Source: Neophaeotheca triangularis (taxonomy: Eukaryota). From it: a DNA stretch of 64,000 nucleotides. The DNA lies in NCBI GenBank assembly GCA_054600435.1, contig BAAIJX010000018.1, positions 248,001 through 312,000 of the forward strand. Reading direction: 5' to 3'. Shown one piece after another: positions 35,352 to 48,857 of this stretch; positions within the stretch are counted from its first letter, which is position 1, and each line of letters starts with the position of its first letter. The position numbers and the translations under genes were made by a program. The notes beneath the pieces are model-generated. The model saw nothing but the letters and a program-made list of their open reading frames with translations, was not told the origin of the DNA and made no database searches.

Positions 35352-37934
35352 ATGCCGGGAGCTGTCGACCTACACGATGATCTCACCGCCTCGGTGCACA
35401 AGGTATGTTTGCATCGTCCCTACACCATCGACGTCGAACCTCTTTAAGACACTTCAAACTCAATCAAAATAAGATCACGCTGACGCACATCTCAATAGAT
35501 CATTCTTTCTTCCTCCGAGTCGGATTATCTCGACCCATTAATATCGCTACTGAAGACTGCAGAGAATCAAAGCAATGGTTCAAGTAGCTCAGCGAGCCTG
35601 CAGCCTATGCTCCAAGCTCTCAATCAGATATCGACTGACCGGGAGACCGAAATCGAACGCATCTGCAACAGCAACCACCAAGAATTCATCTCAAGCGTGA
35701 ACCAGCTCCAGAAGGTACGAGAGGGTACGGTCGAGCTCACATCCGAAATCATGGCCTTAAGTCAAAGCATCGAAGCGTCCACGGAGAAACTGGCAGCACA
35801 AAAGAAAGCCCTGGTCGACTCTCGAGGGGTTCGCAGTAACATCGACGAAACCACTCAGGCTCTCAAAGACTGTCTTGAGGTTCTGCGGTTAGCGAACCAA
35901 GTCCATGATCTGCTTAGTCGCAAGAACCACTACGCTGCTCTTCGCGCGCTCGACGAATTGCAAAACGTGCACCTTCGTGAAGTCACCCGCTACAAGATCG
36001 CCGAGATGATTGAGCGCTCGGTACCCGCGACCCAAAGGCTGATTGCAGATGCAGTCATGTCGGATCTCAACACTTGGCTCTTCCGCATCCGTGAGACGAG
36101 CCAGTTCCTAGGCGAGGTGGCATTCTACCATACCGAGCTGAGGCGTCGTCGCCAGCAAGAGCGTGGAGAAAATAACGAGGCGCTCGGAGGTCATAGCCTG
36201 AACTCCGCTGTTGAGCTCGTAGCAGACGAAGCCGAAGAGTATGATGTGCTTCACAATGATGAGGTACAAGTCGACTTCTCGCCGCTTTTCGAATGCTTGC
36301 ACATTCATGACGCGCTTGGTCAGACGGACAAGTTTAGGACCGAGTACAGCGCCACTCGACGCAGACAGAAGGAGTTACTGATTCCTACAGCGATCAAGCT
36401 CATCTCTGAAGACAACGAAACTACCGAGTTGTCAGGCTTGCTTGAAGGCATCGCGGGCTTTGCCATTGTCGAGAAAGCTACAATGATGAAAGCGGAGGGC
36501 CTGCGTGCCCAAGGCGATGTTGATGAGCTTTGGGATAGCATGTGCCAGTCTGCTGTGAATCTCATCAGTGCTTCGCTGCATACCGTCAACAGCGATGAGG
36601 AGCTGCTCAGGATCAAGGCGGTGGTGGCTTTGTTCATTCAAACCATGGACTCTTGGGGCTACTCAACCTCAAGCATGGACTCATTGCAGCTCACGTTGTT
36701 TGAGAAGTACAGCAGCATCTTGCGCAAGCGTTTTAGCGAAGAATTTGAAGAGGTGAGATTGCTCAGACAGTCAACCTCGTGAAAGACATGCTAATCTTTG
36801 ATTATCCAGGTTGTGTCCACGGACGATTACATGCCCATGCCCATCAGCAGCGCCGAAGCGTACACTCGTGTGCTCGACGTCACCTGGTATTCACCACCAG
36901 AAGGTCAGGAAGACCCAGAGACTACCCAGTACCCCTTCATCCTCCCATTCTCGCAGATGTATCCAATGGTGTGCATCGACATTCGCAACTTCATGAACCA
37001 GATTGTCCTTTTCTCCGACGATCATTTCCGGCATCGCAATGTCATGGACACCACACTGCGCCGCGACCTAGATGAGCTGCTGGTCGACAAAGTCTGCACC
37101 TCCCTAGTCGATCGGCTGGCCTCTCAATACCCAGGGCAGATCGTCCAGATCCTTGTCAACCTTGACTGGATCGAGCAAGGCTGCCGCGAGTTAGAAGGTA
37201 TGCTGATGAACTGGCGCTCCTCCTCCACCGCTGCCGGCCCCATCTCCTTGCGCGCGGTAGAAGAGTTCGGCGCAGCCAAGAAGAAGGCCGAAAAACGCAT
37301 ATTCGAGCTCGTCAACAGCAAGATCGACGACCTCATCGAAACCGCCGAATACGATTGGCTCTCGACCTACGTCCCAGAAACAGCCTCACCGTACATGTCC
37401 GAGCTCACGCGCTACCTCTCCAACATCATGTCCTCTGTGCTCCTCGGCCTACCGAACCCCATCAAAGAACTCATCTACTTCGACGCTCTCGCGCACATCA
37501 GCCAAGCCCTCCTAGACCTACCCCTAAGCAACGAGATTCGCAAGATCAGCCCGCAAGCCGTCACGGCCTACACCCTAGACGTCCACCACCTGGTCGAATT
37601 CGTCAACTCGCTTGAAGAGTCCGCGGTCCTGCTCGACGGGCTCGATGAATTGCGTCAGACGACTGATCTCATGGGTTTGGCGGTTGAAGGTAATGGTGAA
37701 GAGTTCTTTGACTCCAGTAAGAGCGGGAGGCGGTTTGGGAGGGTGGATAAGGTCAAGGGCGCGGAGTTGTTGGAGAAGGTCACGCAGGGTGCTGAAGAGG
37801 TGCCTAGGAGCCCGCAAGTGCCTGAGCATGTTGAGAAGGAGAAAAAGGGGACTTTTGGCATGAGTGATTTGAGGGGCAGATTCGGTGGGATGGGGTTCAG
37901 GGGTGGAGAAAGGATGAGTAGTGGGAAGGAGTGA
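35352..37934 (+). CDS. SEC15: Exocyst subunit Sec15 (3 exons)
   Basis: EIERICNSNHQEFISSV, VDFSPLFECLHIH, PFSQMYP and IFELVNSKIDD motifs. Introns 35403-35498 and 36753-36809 join the frames. Confidence 0.93.
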
Positions 37935-39192
37935 GGTATACAAGAGTTGAAATCGGAGGTAATGTGGATGGCCGTGGCGGTGCTGTTCTCGGAAAATAGA
38001 GTGCGCGTATCGAGAAGTATCGCATGCGCTGTTTCAGGCAACGATGATCCGCATCCCATGTCACCACATCCAGCCCCGGCATATATAGAACTCAAGTACT
38101 TTCCACTGCATCACCACACTCGCAAACGCTGCACCCAACCAATCTCCTTAGCCAGCCTCAACCGTCGGAACCTCATCCATCATCGCACATGACCACGGAA
38201 GTCCCTCGCACACGAGGCCCGCACATGCAATCAAACCTCACACGATAAAACGCAATCTTCCACCCTCCTAAGCCTCCCCTCCGAAAAGCTAACCTCGAGC
38301 ACATAGCGGGAGTGATGACCGGCCTGTGGCCCGCCACCTATCGCCCGCCGCCTCTAGCGCTCGAGAAAAGCAACGCATGCGAACGACGCTCAAGCAGCTC
38401 CCACCGTCAATCAGACCTTCAACCTAGTAGGTAAATAAGTAGACGATCAGGGACTTCACGCTTAGGTTCCGAAAAGTGTAAGAAGCGAAGGCTACGAACA
38501 GGGTGGCTATCTACTGTCTTTCCTTCCACGGCTACTAAAGGAGCAAACAACGCCTATCTCGCCCGCCTATCTCTACATAAGACTACACAAAGTAGCCTCT
38601 TTGTTATCAGACCAGCGAACGCACGTGGACGATAGGTAAGCCATCCCCCCCGCCGGTCAAGGTAGATGTTTAAACTTGTAGGCTATACGACTATCAGATT
38701 TCTGGACGCTTGGATCCTGACTCTGTGTAAAATCTAAAAGCCTATATCGGGGGTGCAAGTCTCCTTTCTCTTCCTCACTTCGAACTTTCGACTTCGGCGT
38801 CAGTATCACGATTTTTGGTTTCACTCCTGCTCTTCCGGCGAGGGAGAAGATTGGTGGGCAAGGGCGGCTCACTGTAGGGGTAACGTGTGTGAAAGACGTG
38901 GGGAGTTATGCGCGGATCGCATGTATCTAAGTTGGTCTTAGGGAGACTTGTAGGGGAGCTTTTTATTTAGAAAAATGTGGAGGCGAGGCTTCTTGCACCT
39001 GACTACAAGTTAGACTATTGGAGGCGCTGATTCGCCCGCTCGAGTGGGAGGATAACGTGTCTTATGATGATGAACCCTTGTCTTTCATAGGAACGGGCGG
39101 ATTCGGTAATCATGGCTTCTGTTATGCTATCGTTAACTCTGCAGTGTCATTATCCTATATCGTTCCAGCAGCGGAGAGTTAAAGGCATCGTC

Positions 39193-40440
39193 TCAGTTCT
39201 CCATCCTACTGCTCCCATTCGGCCGCACCATCGGCCCGTGTCCACGCTCCCCAAGCGCCTTGTTCTGGAAAGGGTTGCCGGAGTAATTCAGCACATTCGC
39301 CTTGCCGCTTCCTGACCCCTGCTTACCCTCGCCTTCCTTCTTCTCACCAGCCGCCTTCTCCTCCCCTTCCTCCGCAGGCGCCTTGTTGTTGGCAAAAGCC
39401 TGCACCCGACTGCCAATAGCCCTCATATCTTCGTCCTTCTCTGCCTCGCCCTCGACGCCGGGCTCGCTCGCGACTCTCTTCTCGACAATGCCGATGACTT
39501 CCTGCCCTTGCTCGCCCAGCCCCTTGCGTTGATCAACCCACTCGCCATAGTCCTCCCACCACCAGGAATGCGTCACGCCATCCCGCCCTTTGTAACCCGC
39601 CGACCCATCTGCCGCGACCCGGCTCGCCCACGGTTTGTCGACGATATAATGCAGACAGACCACTTCCTCGTCCCTCCAAATGTTCTCGTGCCAGTAGCGC
39701 ATCGTCTTGAGAGCGTTAAACTGCCAGCCTAAACTGCGCCACTTGCCCTTGAAGAAAGCGGCCAAGAAGTCCTGATCCGGAAACTTGAAACTCGAGAGCT
39801 CTTTGGACGTATTGAAATACTCCATCATGCGGTCCCAGAGTTCCTCGGACGGGTGAAAGAGAAACATGCCACTGTTCAGAAGATGGTGCGTCGGTCTGGA
39901 CTCCGGCAAGACCTCCGTCGGTTTGGTAAGGGCCGTCGGATGCTCGAGCGGCGTGTATGCGCAATTTTCCTTCTTCCAGTCTTTAGGCGCCCAGGGGTCG
40001 GAGTCGAGGTTGCAAACGCATGCGTGGTTCGCGGCGATCCAATCTGGTGGCAAATCCGCACCGCGATGCGAGAAGACACTGTCCATGTTGTTGCGCAGCG
40101 TCATGTCGGCGTCGAGGTAGCAGACAGTGTCGTACTCGAAGAGCTCGAAGACGCGGAGTTTGGTCCACGTGTCGGCGAAGCGCTCGGCGATTAGATGGGT
40201 GGGGGTGTCGGAGTTTGGCAGGAGGGGTGGACAGGGCCGTAGGATTAGATTGGTTTGGGGGGCTTCAAGTTCCAGCACGCGGAGGGCGTCGGGGGCCAGG
40301 CTGGGGGTGTAGAGGACGACTAGGGGATGTTTCGCGCCATGTTTCCGGAGGGTGTGGGCGAGGATGATGACGCCGGCGAGGTAGGAGGCGCGGGTTACCA
40401 AAGTGGTGTAGGCTAGGCGCTCGCCGGTAGATGAAGCCAT
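39193..40440 (-). CDS. Glycosyltransferase family 8 (glycogenin/galactinol-synthase-like)
   Basis: AYTTLVT..YLAG, TWTKLRVF, YLDADM (DxD), NSGMF, PDQDFL and HYIVDKPW motifs. Confidence 0.92.
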   Translation of the reverse strand: MASSTGERLAYTTLVTRASYLAGVIILAHTLRKHGAKHPLVVLYTPSLAPDALRVLELEAPQTNLILRPCPPLLPNSDTPTHLIAERFADTWTKLRVFELFEYDTVCYLDADMTLRNNMDSVFSHRGADLPPDWIAANHACVCNLDSDPWAPKDWKKENCAYTPLEHPTALTKPTEVLPESRPTHHLLNSGMFLFHPSEELWDRMMEYFNTSKELSSFKFPDQDFLAAFFKGKWRSLGWQFNALKTMRYWHENIWRDEEVVCLHYIVDKPWASRVAADGSAGYKGRDGVTHSWWWEDYGEWVDQRKGLGEQGQEVIGIVEKRVASEPGVEGEAEKDEDMRAIGSRVQAFANNKAPAEEGEEKAAGEKKEGEGKQGSGSGKANVLNYSGNPFQNKALGERGHGPMVRPNGSSRMEN

Positions 40441-41280
40441 GGCGGAGTGATTCTGTTTCAATTTGGATGGATGCTGGGGCTCGATAGTGGCAATCCTTGC
40501 CGGGTGTCGTTTGTTCGTATGTCGAGATGACTCGTGAAGTGCCTTACTTACCTTACCTAGGTACACGCAACTACCTTGTCCGGCACCTCAATCTATAGAT
40601 AAGGTAGAAACTGCGACGAAGCGGTGACGTATTCCTCACCGAAGTAGGATCGAAGAAGGCCACGGAAGACTCGTCGGGAGTGAGGTATCGATGTCTTATC
40701 TTTTATCTCTTCTGTCACCTTGAACTGTGAAAAGGTCGTTTACTTCTCTTTAATTGAGAAGTAACCATGAAGCAAGTGAAGTTGACCTGCTGTGAAACAT
40801 GCATGCAGGTGGCATTGCCATTGGTACACCTGTTCGGCATTCTCCAGTAGTGTTCATTGGCCGATATCTCGATACGCTAGCTCAGGGACGCCCAGAGCAA
40901 ACCACCCGCGGCCCTTCACTTTATAATGAATGCATTGCATAGAAATAGCGTGCGAACGCATCGACCCGTACGGTACTCTCGGAAGCAGATGCTGATCTCA
41001 CGTATCGCCACGCGGACAGTCCGTACACACCAACTTCTTCTCCACCAAGACCTTGCCCAAAAGCAGGGGCAAGACATAGAAAAAAAGCCATCATTCACTT
41101 CACTAGCCCCCTGGCTGAGGAACTTGAAGTCGAGATGTGCCTGTCTTGTACTTTCTAGCTATTTCCTACAAATCGTCCAGAATATTGCCTCACAAATACT
41201 AGCGTCAAGTCACAAGATATCTAACCCAAGCACCAGCGCCTTGCGTAACCGAAAATACCTATACAGCGAGCCTGACCTGG

Positions 41281-42738
41281 CTACCTCGCATGCCCATTCC
41301 CTTGCTTGGGCTCCTCGTCATCACTCATGAGGCCCTCGAGCTCAAACTCCTCGGCATCTTGTGCCTGCCGCTCAGCAGCGTCAGGTAGCCGCACGTGGCC
41401 GTTCGGCATCGTCCTTCTGCCGTCGTCCTTTTTCGGCAGACCAACTGGGAGAGTGTGCGAGGAGTAGAGGTGTAGAAGCATTAGTACGACTGTTGGAGTT
41501 AGCGTTATCTTCTGTTGATTTCAAGGTTAGATCGGCTTACACAGGAACAGAAGGAAAGAAATAGAGTAGAGGATGAGGATGTAGGAAACGTGTGTGACGT
41601 GAGCATCGGACAGCACGGCCATTTGTTCCTCGGTCGCGCCCATGAAGAGGAAGCCGGAAGCGTAGAGCAGGAACGGAGGCAGCCACTGGAAACTGTTGAT
41701 CTCTTGACCGCCCTCATCGCTGCCTTCCCGAATATCCTGAAGGGTGTTCCTGTCCTTGAGCACGAAGCTGATTTCGATTATCCTAGCAGCACCGGCAGCC
41801 ATTAGTGTGTACCCAAAAACAGAATGCACCATCGTGCTGAGCTCCAGCGCTTGCGGGTGCGCGGACATGGCCCAACCTGTGAGCAAGATGACAATACCCG
41901 GGATTAAATTGCGTTTGGGTCGTCCATGGCGGTCCCGACTCAGCCAAATACCCACGAGCCCAGCGGCCCACCAGATGATGCCCATGGTCGTATGCTGCAG
42001 ATCGTTGTGCACCCACGGCCCACCCCACCTATGCTCGGTGAAGGTATTTACGCAGCCCCAAGCACTGATGACACAGCTATCCCAGAACTCCTGGCTCTTC
42101 CCACTCCTCACCAACAGCGCCTGCCCATTAACCAGCAAGATCGTCAAAACAATCCCGTACCCAACAAAAGCGCTTCCCATAATAAAATGCGCCAGACACT
42201 GCCCCATGTGATCCGCCCGACAGAAACCCTGCGACGCAATTCCCCCAAGCAGCATCTGCACCCACGCCGCCACAGGTATCACCCCGCCAAGCACCGCATG
42301 CCCCTTGACCAGCCACTTCCGTACCCTCCCCAAAAACCCCTTCTCAATGTGCAACCGCAAATACACCCCCAGCACCACCTGCGAAACCAGCATCAACATC
42401 AACCAATTCGCAAACCCAGCGTGAGCATTGTGCGCAAACTGACGGCCCTTGTGAAGGTGTCCTAGAAAGTACCCGAGGACCGCGAGCGCTGTTCCCAGGA
42501 TCTGCGTCGGTACGTGCCAGCGTGATCGTACCAAGCCGAGCACCATTCCCGTCGGGAAAAGGATGCCCCACGCGAAGGTTTGGATGAGGATGTGTGCCCA
42601 CAATGTGCTGTCCATGGGTTCCGAGGAGATGGCTTCGCCTTCGGGGATGTGTTCGTGGCCGCCATGGGCGTGGGTTAGACCGTGGAAGAGGGTCGAGGCG
42701 GCGAGGGCCAGGGCTGGCCTGGTTCGGAATGTCGCCAT
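41281..42738 (-). CDS. YTP1: Ytp1-like integral membrane protein (2 exons, intron 41490-41540)
   Basis: Signal peptide, His-rich TM segments, QCLAHFIMGS, NTFTEHRWG and DLQHTTMG motifs. Confidence 0.85.
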
Positions 42739-43050
42739 GAGGTGGTTTTGGGGGATAAGAATGGTGGGAGTGTGAGTGGAAATGTAAAGGGACCTCAGGC
42801 TTTACGGGTGGCACTGGGCTGGACCTGGACTCGATGAGAGGGTTCTTGATGAGTAAGGCGCGCACGCACGCCCGGATACGAGCAGCACTGGATCCGGCTT
42901 GGCATTGATGCGCCTCCCCCCTGCGACCTCATCCATTGAATTTATACGATAGCTCGAATACCGGAAGAGTCCCAGAGCTTCTGCACGCGTTCGTATAGTA
43001 CGAAAAATGTCAATGTATGGCGAGAACGTCGCATCAGCACCGAGCCCAAC

Positions 43051-43515
43051 ATGAGCACGCCTCACCAAACGACAATGGACGCACCCCCGTCCTCCGACGC
43101 GACAACCCTGAGCTCCCCAGCACCCAAACTCTCCCAAGAACAATCCCAACCTACCACCGCGCCCTCTTCAACAGCAGCGCTCCCTCCCGCCTCCAACCCC
43201 CGCCTCCAAGCGCTCGCTAGCAAAAAAGCCACTCTCGAGCAAAAGCTCCATGACCTACAGACCCAACGCGCCGAAGCCGTAGCCAAAGCCACTCTGCCCT
43301 CCGGTCTCGCCATGCCGGAAGATTGGAGCGAGGAGCAGAAGTCCAAGCAAGCTTTTGCGACGGCTAATGGCTTGATCAAAGAGCACATTGCGCTGCTGCA
43401 TCGGTATAACGAGGTCAAGGATATTGGCTTGGGGTTGATGGGCATGGTTGCGGAGAAGAGGAGTGTCAAGCAGGCGGAGGTTATGGAGGAGTTTGGGGTT
43501 GGGGAGAAGGATTGA
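43051..43515 (+). CDS. SWI5: Swi5/Sae3 recombination mediator
   Basis: IKEHIALLHRYNEVKDIGLGLMGMVAEKR motif; one ACGCGT at 42985-42990 upstream. Confidence 0.9.
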   Translation: MSTPHQTTMDAPPSSDATTLSSPAPKLSQEQSQPTTAPSSTAALPPASNPRLQALASKKATLEQKLHDLQTQRAEAVAKATLPSGLAMPEDWSEEQKSKQAFATANGLIKEHIALLHRYNEVKDIGLGLMGMVAEKRSVKQAEVMEEFGVGEKD

Positions 43516-44380
43516 GGTGGGTGGGGGTTGTTTGCTTGGTATGGAATGTTGAGGCGCTTGTCAGCTGGCAGAGTGGTCTCGTTAGATGTGGGTGTCTTTG
43601 GAGCTTGATGTGCGAGTGAGTACTACGCGGGATGCTGCAGCATACGGCGGGCACTTGTTTGTTTTGCCGTGTTGCCCGGAGCCAGGGTGCTTCTGGCATC
43701 AACCAAGTTTCGCTATGTGCACTCAGATCGGCTACGCGCTTTCAACGCGGCGAGAAAAATGGCTTGAGAAGACGGTTGCATAAGATTGCTCCCGAGGACA
43801 TCTCGCTGGAGATGAGTGCGCATGGTGCCTACGGCCAGTCTCATCGGTATGGTGGCGACCTACTGTGGAAGGCTGTGATGGCCGGAGCCAATGGTAATTT
43901 GACCCTACCCACGAAATTGACTTCACAACCGGCATACACTAATCCAGTGATGAAGAAATTAGTAGCGTCTCGTAGCGCTCTTCAGGAAGGGCTAGTTGCC
44001 TTTGCCACACTGCCCATGAAGATACACTCGGCCCAGCTCAGCTGTGGTTGGGAGTGATGGATGGGGGTGGAACGTTGCTAGAGTAGGTTAGGTAGCAGAG
44101 TGCGAGTGCGAGAATTCACGTCCAACAGTGATTTTGTCAAGTATTGATGACTGCCCAACCAGGTTTACTACTGATAGTAAGGTAAGGTAGGTAATCTTCA
44201 TTCGAACACACGCTAAGCCAAGCTAGTCCCGACTTTATTCTGCTGACCACGGCCGTCCCCCGCCGTCTTTACCACTTCCATTCACGGCAAGATCAGGTGA
44301 CGCCACAACAATAGCGAAACTGGGGGCAGGTGCCTCTTATTGTCCTCATTCACTACAAGTACCCGCCCGACTTCGACCTC

Positions 44381-44431
44381 TACTACCTCCTACCTCCTAC
44401 CTCCTACCTCCTACTACCTACTACCTACTAG
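44381..44431. repeat. (CCTACCT)n / CTAC simple repeat
   Basis: tactacctcctacctcctacctcctacctcctactacctactacctacta. Confidence 0.9.
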
Positions 44432-44745
44432 TTGGTACCTACCTCACCTCAGTTCTTGTGCCAGTGGACAACACTCACTGGCCATTTCTTGACACTTCCA
44501 ACCGGGCTGCCACTACCTCACCTCTCGACTACTACTACTCTCTCCTTTCAATCCAACCCTCCCCTTCCACCCGTCCTTTCTACTACCCGATTCTCACTTA
44601 CCATCCTCAAATCACAAGCATCCAGTCACACAAGACCTCTGCTCACCAACATCATCTTCCCTGCCAAATACCAAATACCAAATACCTTGGGCCGGCCAAC
44701 CTTGAACAACAACAACAACCAGCTTCACTATACCACTACATCAAG

Positions 44746-45855
44746 ATGAAATCCCGTACCGTCGATTCGGTCGACTGCCAAACCAGCAAGACGAAGCCTG
44801 ACGCGACCGCTGGTCGGACTGAAGGTCAACCTATCGAGCTCTATCCCACCAAGCCACTCAACACCCACCCCTTCAAGCCCTTCGACTACGCCGATTGCGA
44901 GATTGATGAACTGAAAAAGTTCGTCCACGACCGCAAACTCACCATGGACGGCTACAAGCGCCCGGACAAAAAGTCCGTCTTGGTACGTCGCCTAATCCAA
45001 GCCGACAAGCAACCAGCACCATTCCCATTCTTCAGACTCCCACCGGAGCTGCGCAATTCCATCTATGAAAACGTCCTCACCTTCACCGGCGGCAACAAGC
45101 GCGAAAAGCCACGATGCCACCCCCAGATCCTCTACACCTGCAAACAAGCCGCTGAAGAAGCCGCCCAAATCCTCTACCATGAGAACGACATGACGATCAA
45201 GATCCCACGCCGACCAAAAGCCAACCTAGCGTTCCCACCTTGCCTGCACTACCTCAACCACCTGACTGTCTATTCCAACTACGAAATGGACCCCAGTCCA
45301 TGGTCCCACGAGCCCATCTCCACTGCCAAACGCCTCGAAAACTTCCTCAAGAAACTCTCCAAACACTTAGCAGAAGCCCACGTTCTCAAAAGCCTCACCA
45401 TCCACGTCGACGAAGACCGCCTGGGCAACGGCGACGCACTGAAGCTTGCGGTGGTACCCGTGCGCGCCCTGGGATCTATCGCGACTTTCAAGCTCATCCA
45501 CGACGCTCTCCCAGCCGAAGCGGTTGAGTACGCGCGGAAGGAAGTCGTCGCTTTTGCCAGGTCTGTTATTCCCAGCCATTGCTCCGCTTCAGGCGCCAGG
45601 ACGATCGCCTTGAGGAAGCTTTTGAAGGAGGTCACGGGCGAAGGGTCGGTCAGTAGGTTCGTGGGGTCGGTTTCGAATGTTGACGAGTTTGTCGAGCGTC
45701 AGAATAAGTTCTTCGCGCTTGAGCGGCACTTTATGGAGGTGGTTGAGAGGCTTGGTGGGTGGAAGGATGGAGATGGTGTTTTCGATGTTGCAGTAAAGGA
45801 GACGGTTGCTGCTTCCGAAGCTGGAAAGGTGGGACGGGGGCCTTTCGGTCAGTGA
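44746..45855 (+). CDS. Fungal F-box-like (FFRLPPELRNxIY) protein with N-terminal SAP-like helix pair
   Basis: PFPFFRLPPELRNSIYENVL and PQILYTCKQ..EEA..ILY motifs; ELKKFVHDRKL...KKSVLVRRL upstream. Confidence 0.75.
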   Translation: MKSRTVDSVDCQTSKTKPDATAGRTEGQPIELYPTKPLNTHPFKPFDYADCEIDELKKFVHDRKLTMDGYKRPDKKSVLVRRLIQADKQPAPFPFFRLPPELRNSIYENVLTFTGGNKREKPRCHPQILYTCKQAAEEAAQILYHENDMTIKIPRRPKANLAFPPCLHYLNHLTVYSNYEMDPSPWSHEPISTAKRLENFLKKLSKHLAEAHVLKSLTIHVDEDRLGNGDALKLAVVPVRALGSIATFKLIHDALPAEAVEYARKEVVAFARSVIPSHCSASGARTIALRKLLKEVTGEGSVSRFVGSVSNVDEFVERQNKFFALERHFMEVVERLGGWKDGDGVFDVAVKETVAASEAGKVGRGPFGQ

Positions 45856-47148
45856 CGTTTGCGATGGGAGTCAGAGGGGGTGAATTCAATTGCTAAGTTC
45901 CGAGATGGCGTTCTCATACGATACGGAGATCTTTTGTTGTTCCTTGCTAAGCGTGGTATGCTAGTGCTTTGCTTACGTTGCGCGTAGTTTCCAGTATACC
46001 TAGCTAGCTGGCAAAGAACGACGCCACGGTCCACACAAGTTTTTCTAGACCTCGTCACTGACTTTCTCGTACAAGATCATGCAACAGAGCCGCCTCGATG
46101 TATAACAGCCTCCCCAACTCCGGCCATTTACCCAAGAGCCGGCATACAACCAAAGAGTTCATGCTCCATCCGCCTTCTTGCGTCCCCCTACTATCCGGTC
46201 TCCGCATGGCTACAGGCTTCCGTGTTACTCTCCTGACTTGAATCCAGAAGCAACCTAACCGGGCCCTTGCCGAGAGCGCTGAAGACGTAGACTGAGGGAA
46301 CGAGTGTTTACTTCCAGGATTTTTGTGGATGTTCCAATCACCCAGCCGGACGGAGCGGGACATCGGCGACTCCGCCCATTCGAGCACGACGGAATGCGTC
46401 GTCGAAAGGGGTCTCGACCAGTGCCGGTCCCGTTGCCCTGCCAGCCAAGAGTCCGTGTAGGAAAAACCCATACTCGCGAGTCCGGTCCCGGTATGTGTGG
46501 CCTTTTGCTGATCCTTTGGGGTCACGGGGCTCCTTTCCGCGCCCTTGCTTCTTGGGTTCAAAGCAAGCATACTCACCAGTTCGCTCAATCCTTGCCAGAG
46601 ACTTAGCTCGCTCTCTTCGCGGCGAGCTATGAAATGCTCTTGGGATGTCAAACGCACGATGTATCTCTGTGAGCTGTAGGACTCTGTTCGTTTTAGGGCC
46701 GTCACGACCAGCGATCAGACCGAACGTGTGCTCGAGAAGTTCCTATGCAGACGAGAAGGTCTGGCGGAGATTCAATTGTCAATGTATGCACTACCTTTGT
46801 GGCCAGCACGTGAGCGTGGCCTCGGCGCTTCTGGTAGGGTCTCAACAGTACCACGGTTGATTCAAGAGTGTCCGGCAGTAGGAAGACAATGAGAGAGCGG
46901 GAGAGTCTTGTGGGTTGACAGTTGTGGTTTTAGTGGCTAGAAGTGGCTGAGGCTGCTGAGTGATCGTACAGGGGTATCAGACTAGAATTTGTGAAGATAA
47001 AAGCCTCGTAATCCCCAACCGGCCGGGAACAGAGAGGGCTAAGGGAAACCTCGACATCCAGCGCCGCCCAACCGCGGCATCCAGAGATACTCCATCCAAG
47101 AGTGCCAAGCACAAACACCCTGAGAAAGCATTACCACCTCCATCAAAC

Positions 47149-48597
47149 TCAAGACCTCTCCCTAGTCTCCTCTTCCCTCCTCTTCCTCTCCTTCCTTTCG
47201 TCCTTCGTCTCTCCAGATTTCGACCTCACCTCGCTTTCAACCTCCCTCTCACATCTCTCATCCCTATCCTCCTTCCTCTTCCTGCTCCGGCTCTTGTGTC
47301 TCCTATCCCTACTCCTCTCCTCTTCATCCCTACCCTCCCCGGCTAGAACATTCGCCATCCCCATCGCCATCTCCATCCCCGGCTGCTGCCGCTGCTGCTG
47401 TGGGGAGAAAGTCACTGGACTCCCGAAAGGCGCCCCACCTGGCGGAGATCCAGTGCTCCAACTACTAGCACTCTGGCTCGTAGTCGTAGTGGTGGTGACA
47501 ACCTGCTGCTGCTGAAATTGCTGCGGCAGCGGCTGCACAGGCTGGCTCGGCGCATACTGCACCACGGGCTGCTGCTGCGGTTGCTGTTCCGGCGGCGGCA
47601 AAGCTTTCTGGGGCTCCGGAGTCGGCAGCGTGGCTTTGTCATTCAGTAATCTCTGCACCATCTCGTCCAAGCGGCCTTCAATAAGTTTGTCGTAGGTTCT
47701 CGAGGCTTTGGGGCCGCCCTCTTCTCCTCTCGCTTTGGCTTTTTCGAGGAAATAGTTGGCTGCCGCGACGCGCATTTTGCCTGTTATGCTGGGGATTTTC
47801 AGAGGTGCTGGGGCTTGCCTGGGAGCTTGGTTGATCTGGATGTTGTAATTGTGCTGGTTGTTCTGCACATTCTGGGTGTTGTTGGTTGTCGCCGTGTTTG
47901 TGGAGTTGCTGCTCTGGGCACCGGCTTGGGGGGCTACAACGACCTGCGTGCCGGGTGGGTTGCGGCGCTCGCGCATAATCTGCTCGGTGAAGACTATATT
48001 GAAGAAAAGCGGACTGTAGTCCGCGTCGTAGCATGGTATGCCGCGGCGAATGCACTCTTGTTCAGCCCACTGCATCCTTTGTGCGTTGGTAAGCGTGGGC
48101 TGATTGCGGATGAGATCCCCATAAGCCGACCAAAGAGATTGAAGATTCTGTTCAAACATTGTCAGTAAGCGCTTGATATGCAGCAAGCAGGGATTGCATT
48201 TCTATCATAAAAAACTTACGGGATTGTGCTTCAAAAAGTCGAGACCAACGTTCACGGTATCACCAACAGTGAACCAAGTCCATTCACCATCACCGCGCCG
48301 CTCTAGCCAGTTCTGGCATTGCGAAGCTGTGTGCAAGTCCTGGTGTGGGTAACCATTGGTATCAAAATGTATGTCTTGGCCAACAGTCGGGCAAAACCGC
48401 ACCTGGAGGCGACTGTCTTGTGGGCAAGGTCGGGGTTCACCGAGGCTGTTCTTGAACTCTGCCATCGAACGATCCGCGGCGAGCGGGTCACCTAGTTCAT
48501 GCCATTGATATAACGCTGCAGGCCCCTGGAAAAATCTTTCCCCACTGATGTTGCCCTGTCCATAGGGCACCATACCATTCTGCCAGTTGGGATACAT
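47149..48597 (-). CDS. Hypothetical protein (~458 aa) with Q/P-rich and charged C-terminus; intron 48148-48219
   Basis: GTAAGT donor, ACTGAC branch and CAG acceptor join ORFs 48205..48645 and 47149..48186 in phase 0. Confidence 0.7.
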
Positions 48598-48857
48598 CCT
48601 ATCCAAGATTCGCAACCGAAAGGTACCGGAGGTGAACAAAGTCAACTAGGAGGTAGGAGCGTCCAAGAAGCAGTAGTATGGATGAAGAATGCTTGCCAAA
48701 GGAGGTCGAGTCGGAGAGTTGATGGTATTGGAAGGTTGTAGAAGGGTTGGGAATAGGAGGCCAAAGATATAGCAGCCTCTGGTTGCCAGAGGGGTGACCG
48801 TGGACAATACTGTGGCTTTGGTGGAGACGTCACTACTAGAGAGAGGCGTTGTGTTAT

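Noticed and set aside
46055..46705. 216-codon minus-strand ORF
   Set aside because: Non-ATG start, no motif and no clear codon bias; cannot be supported without expression data.
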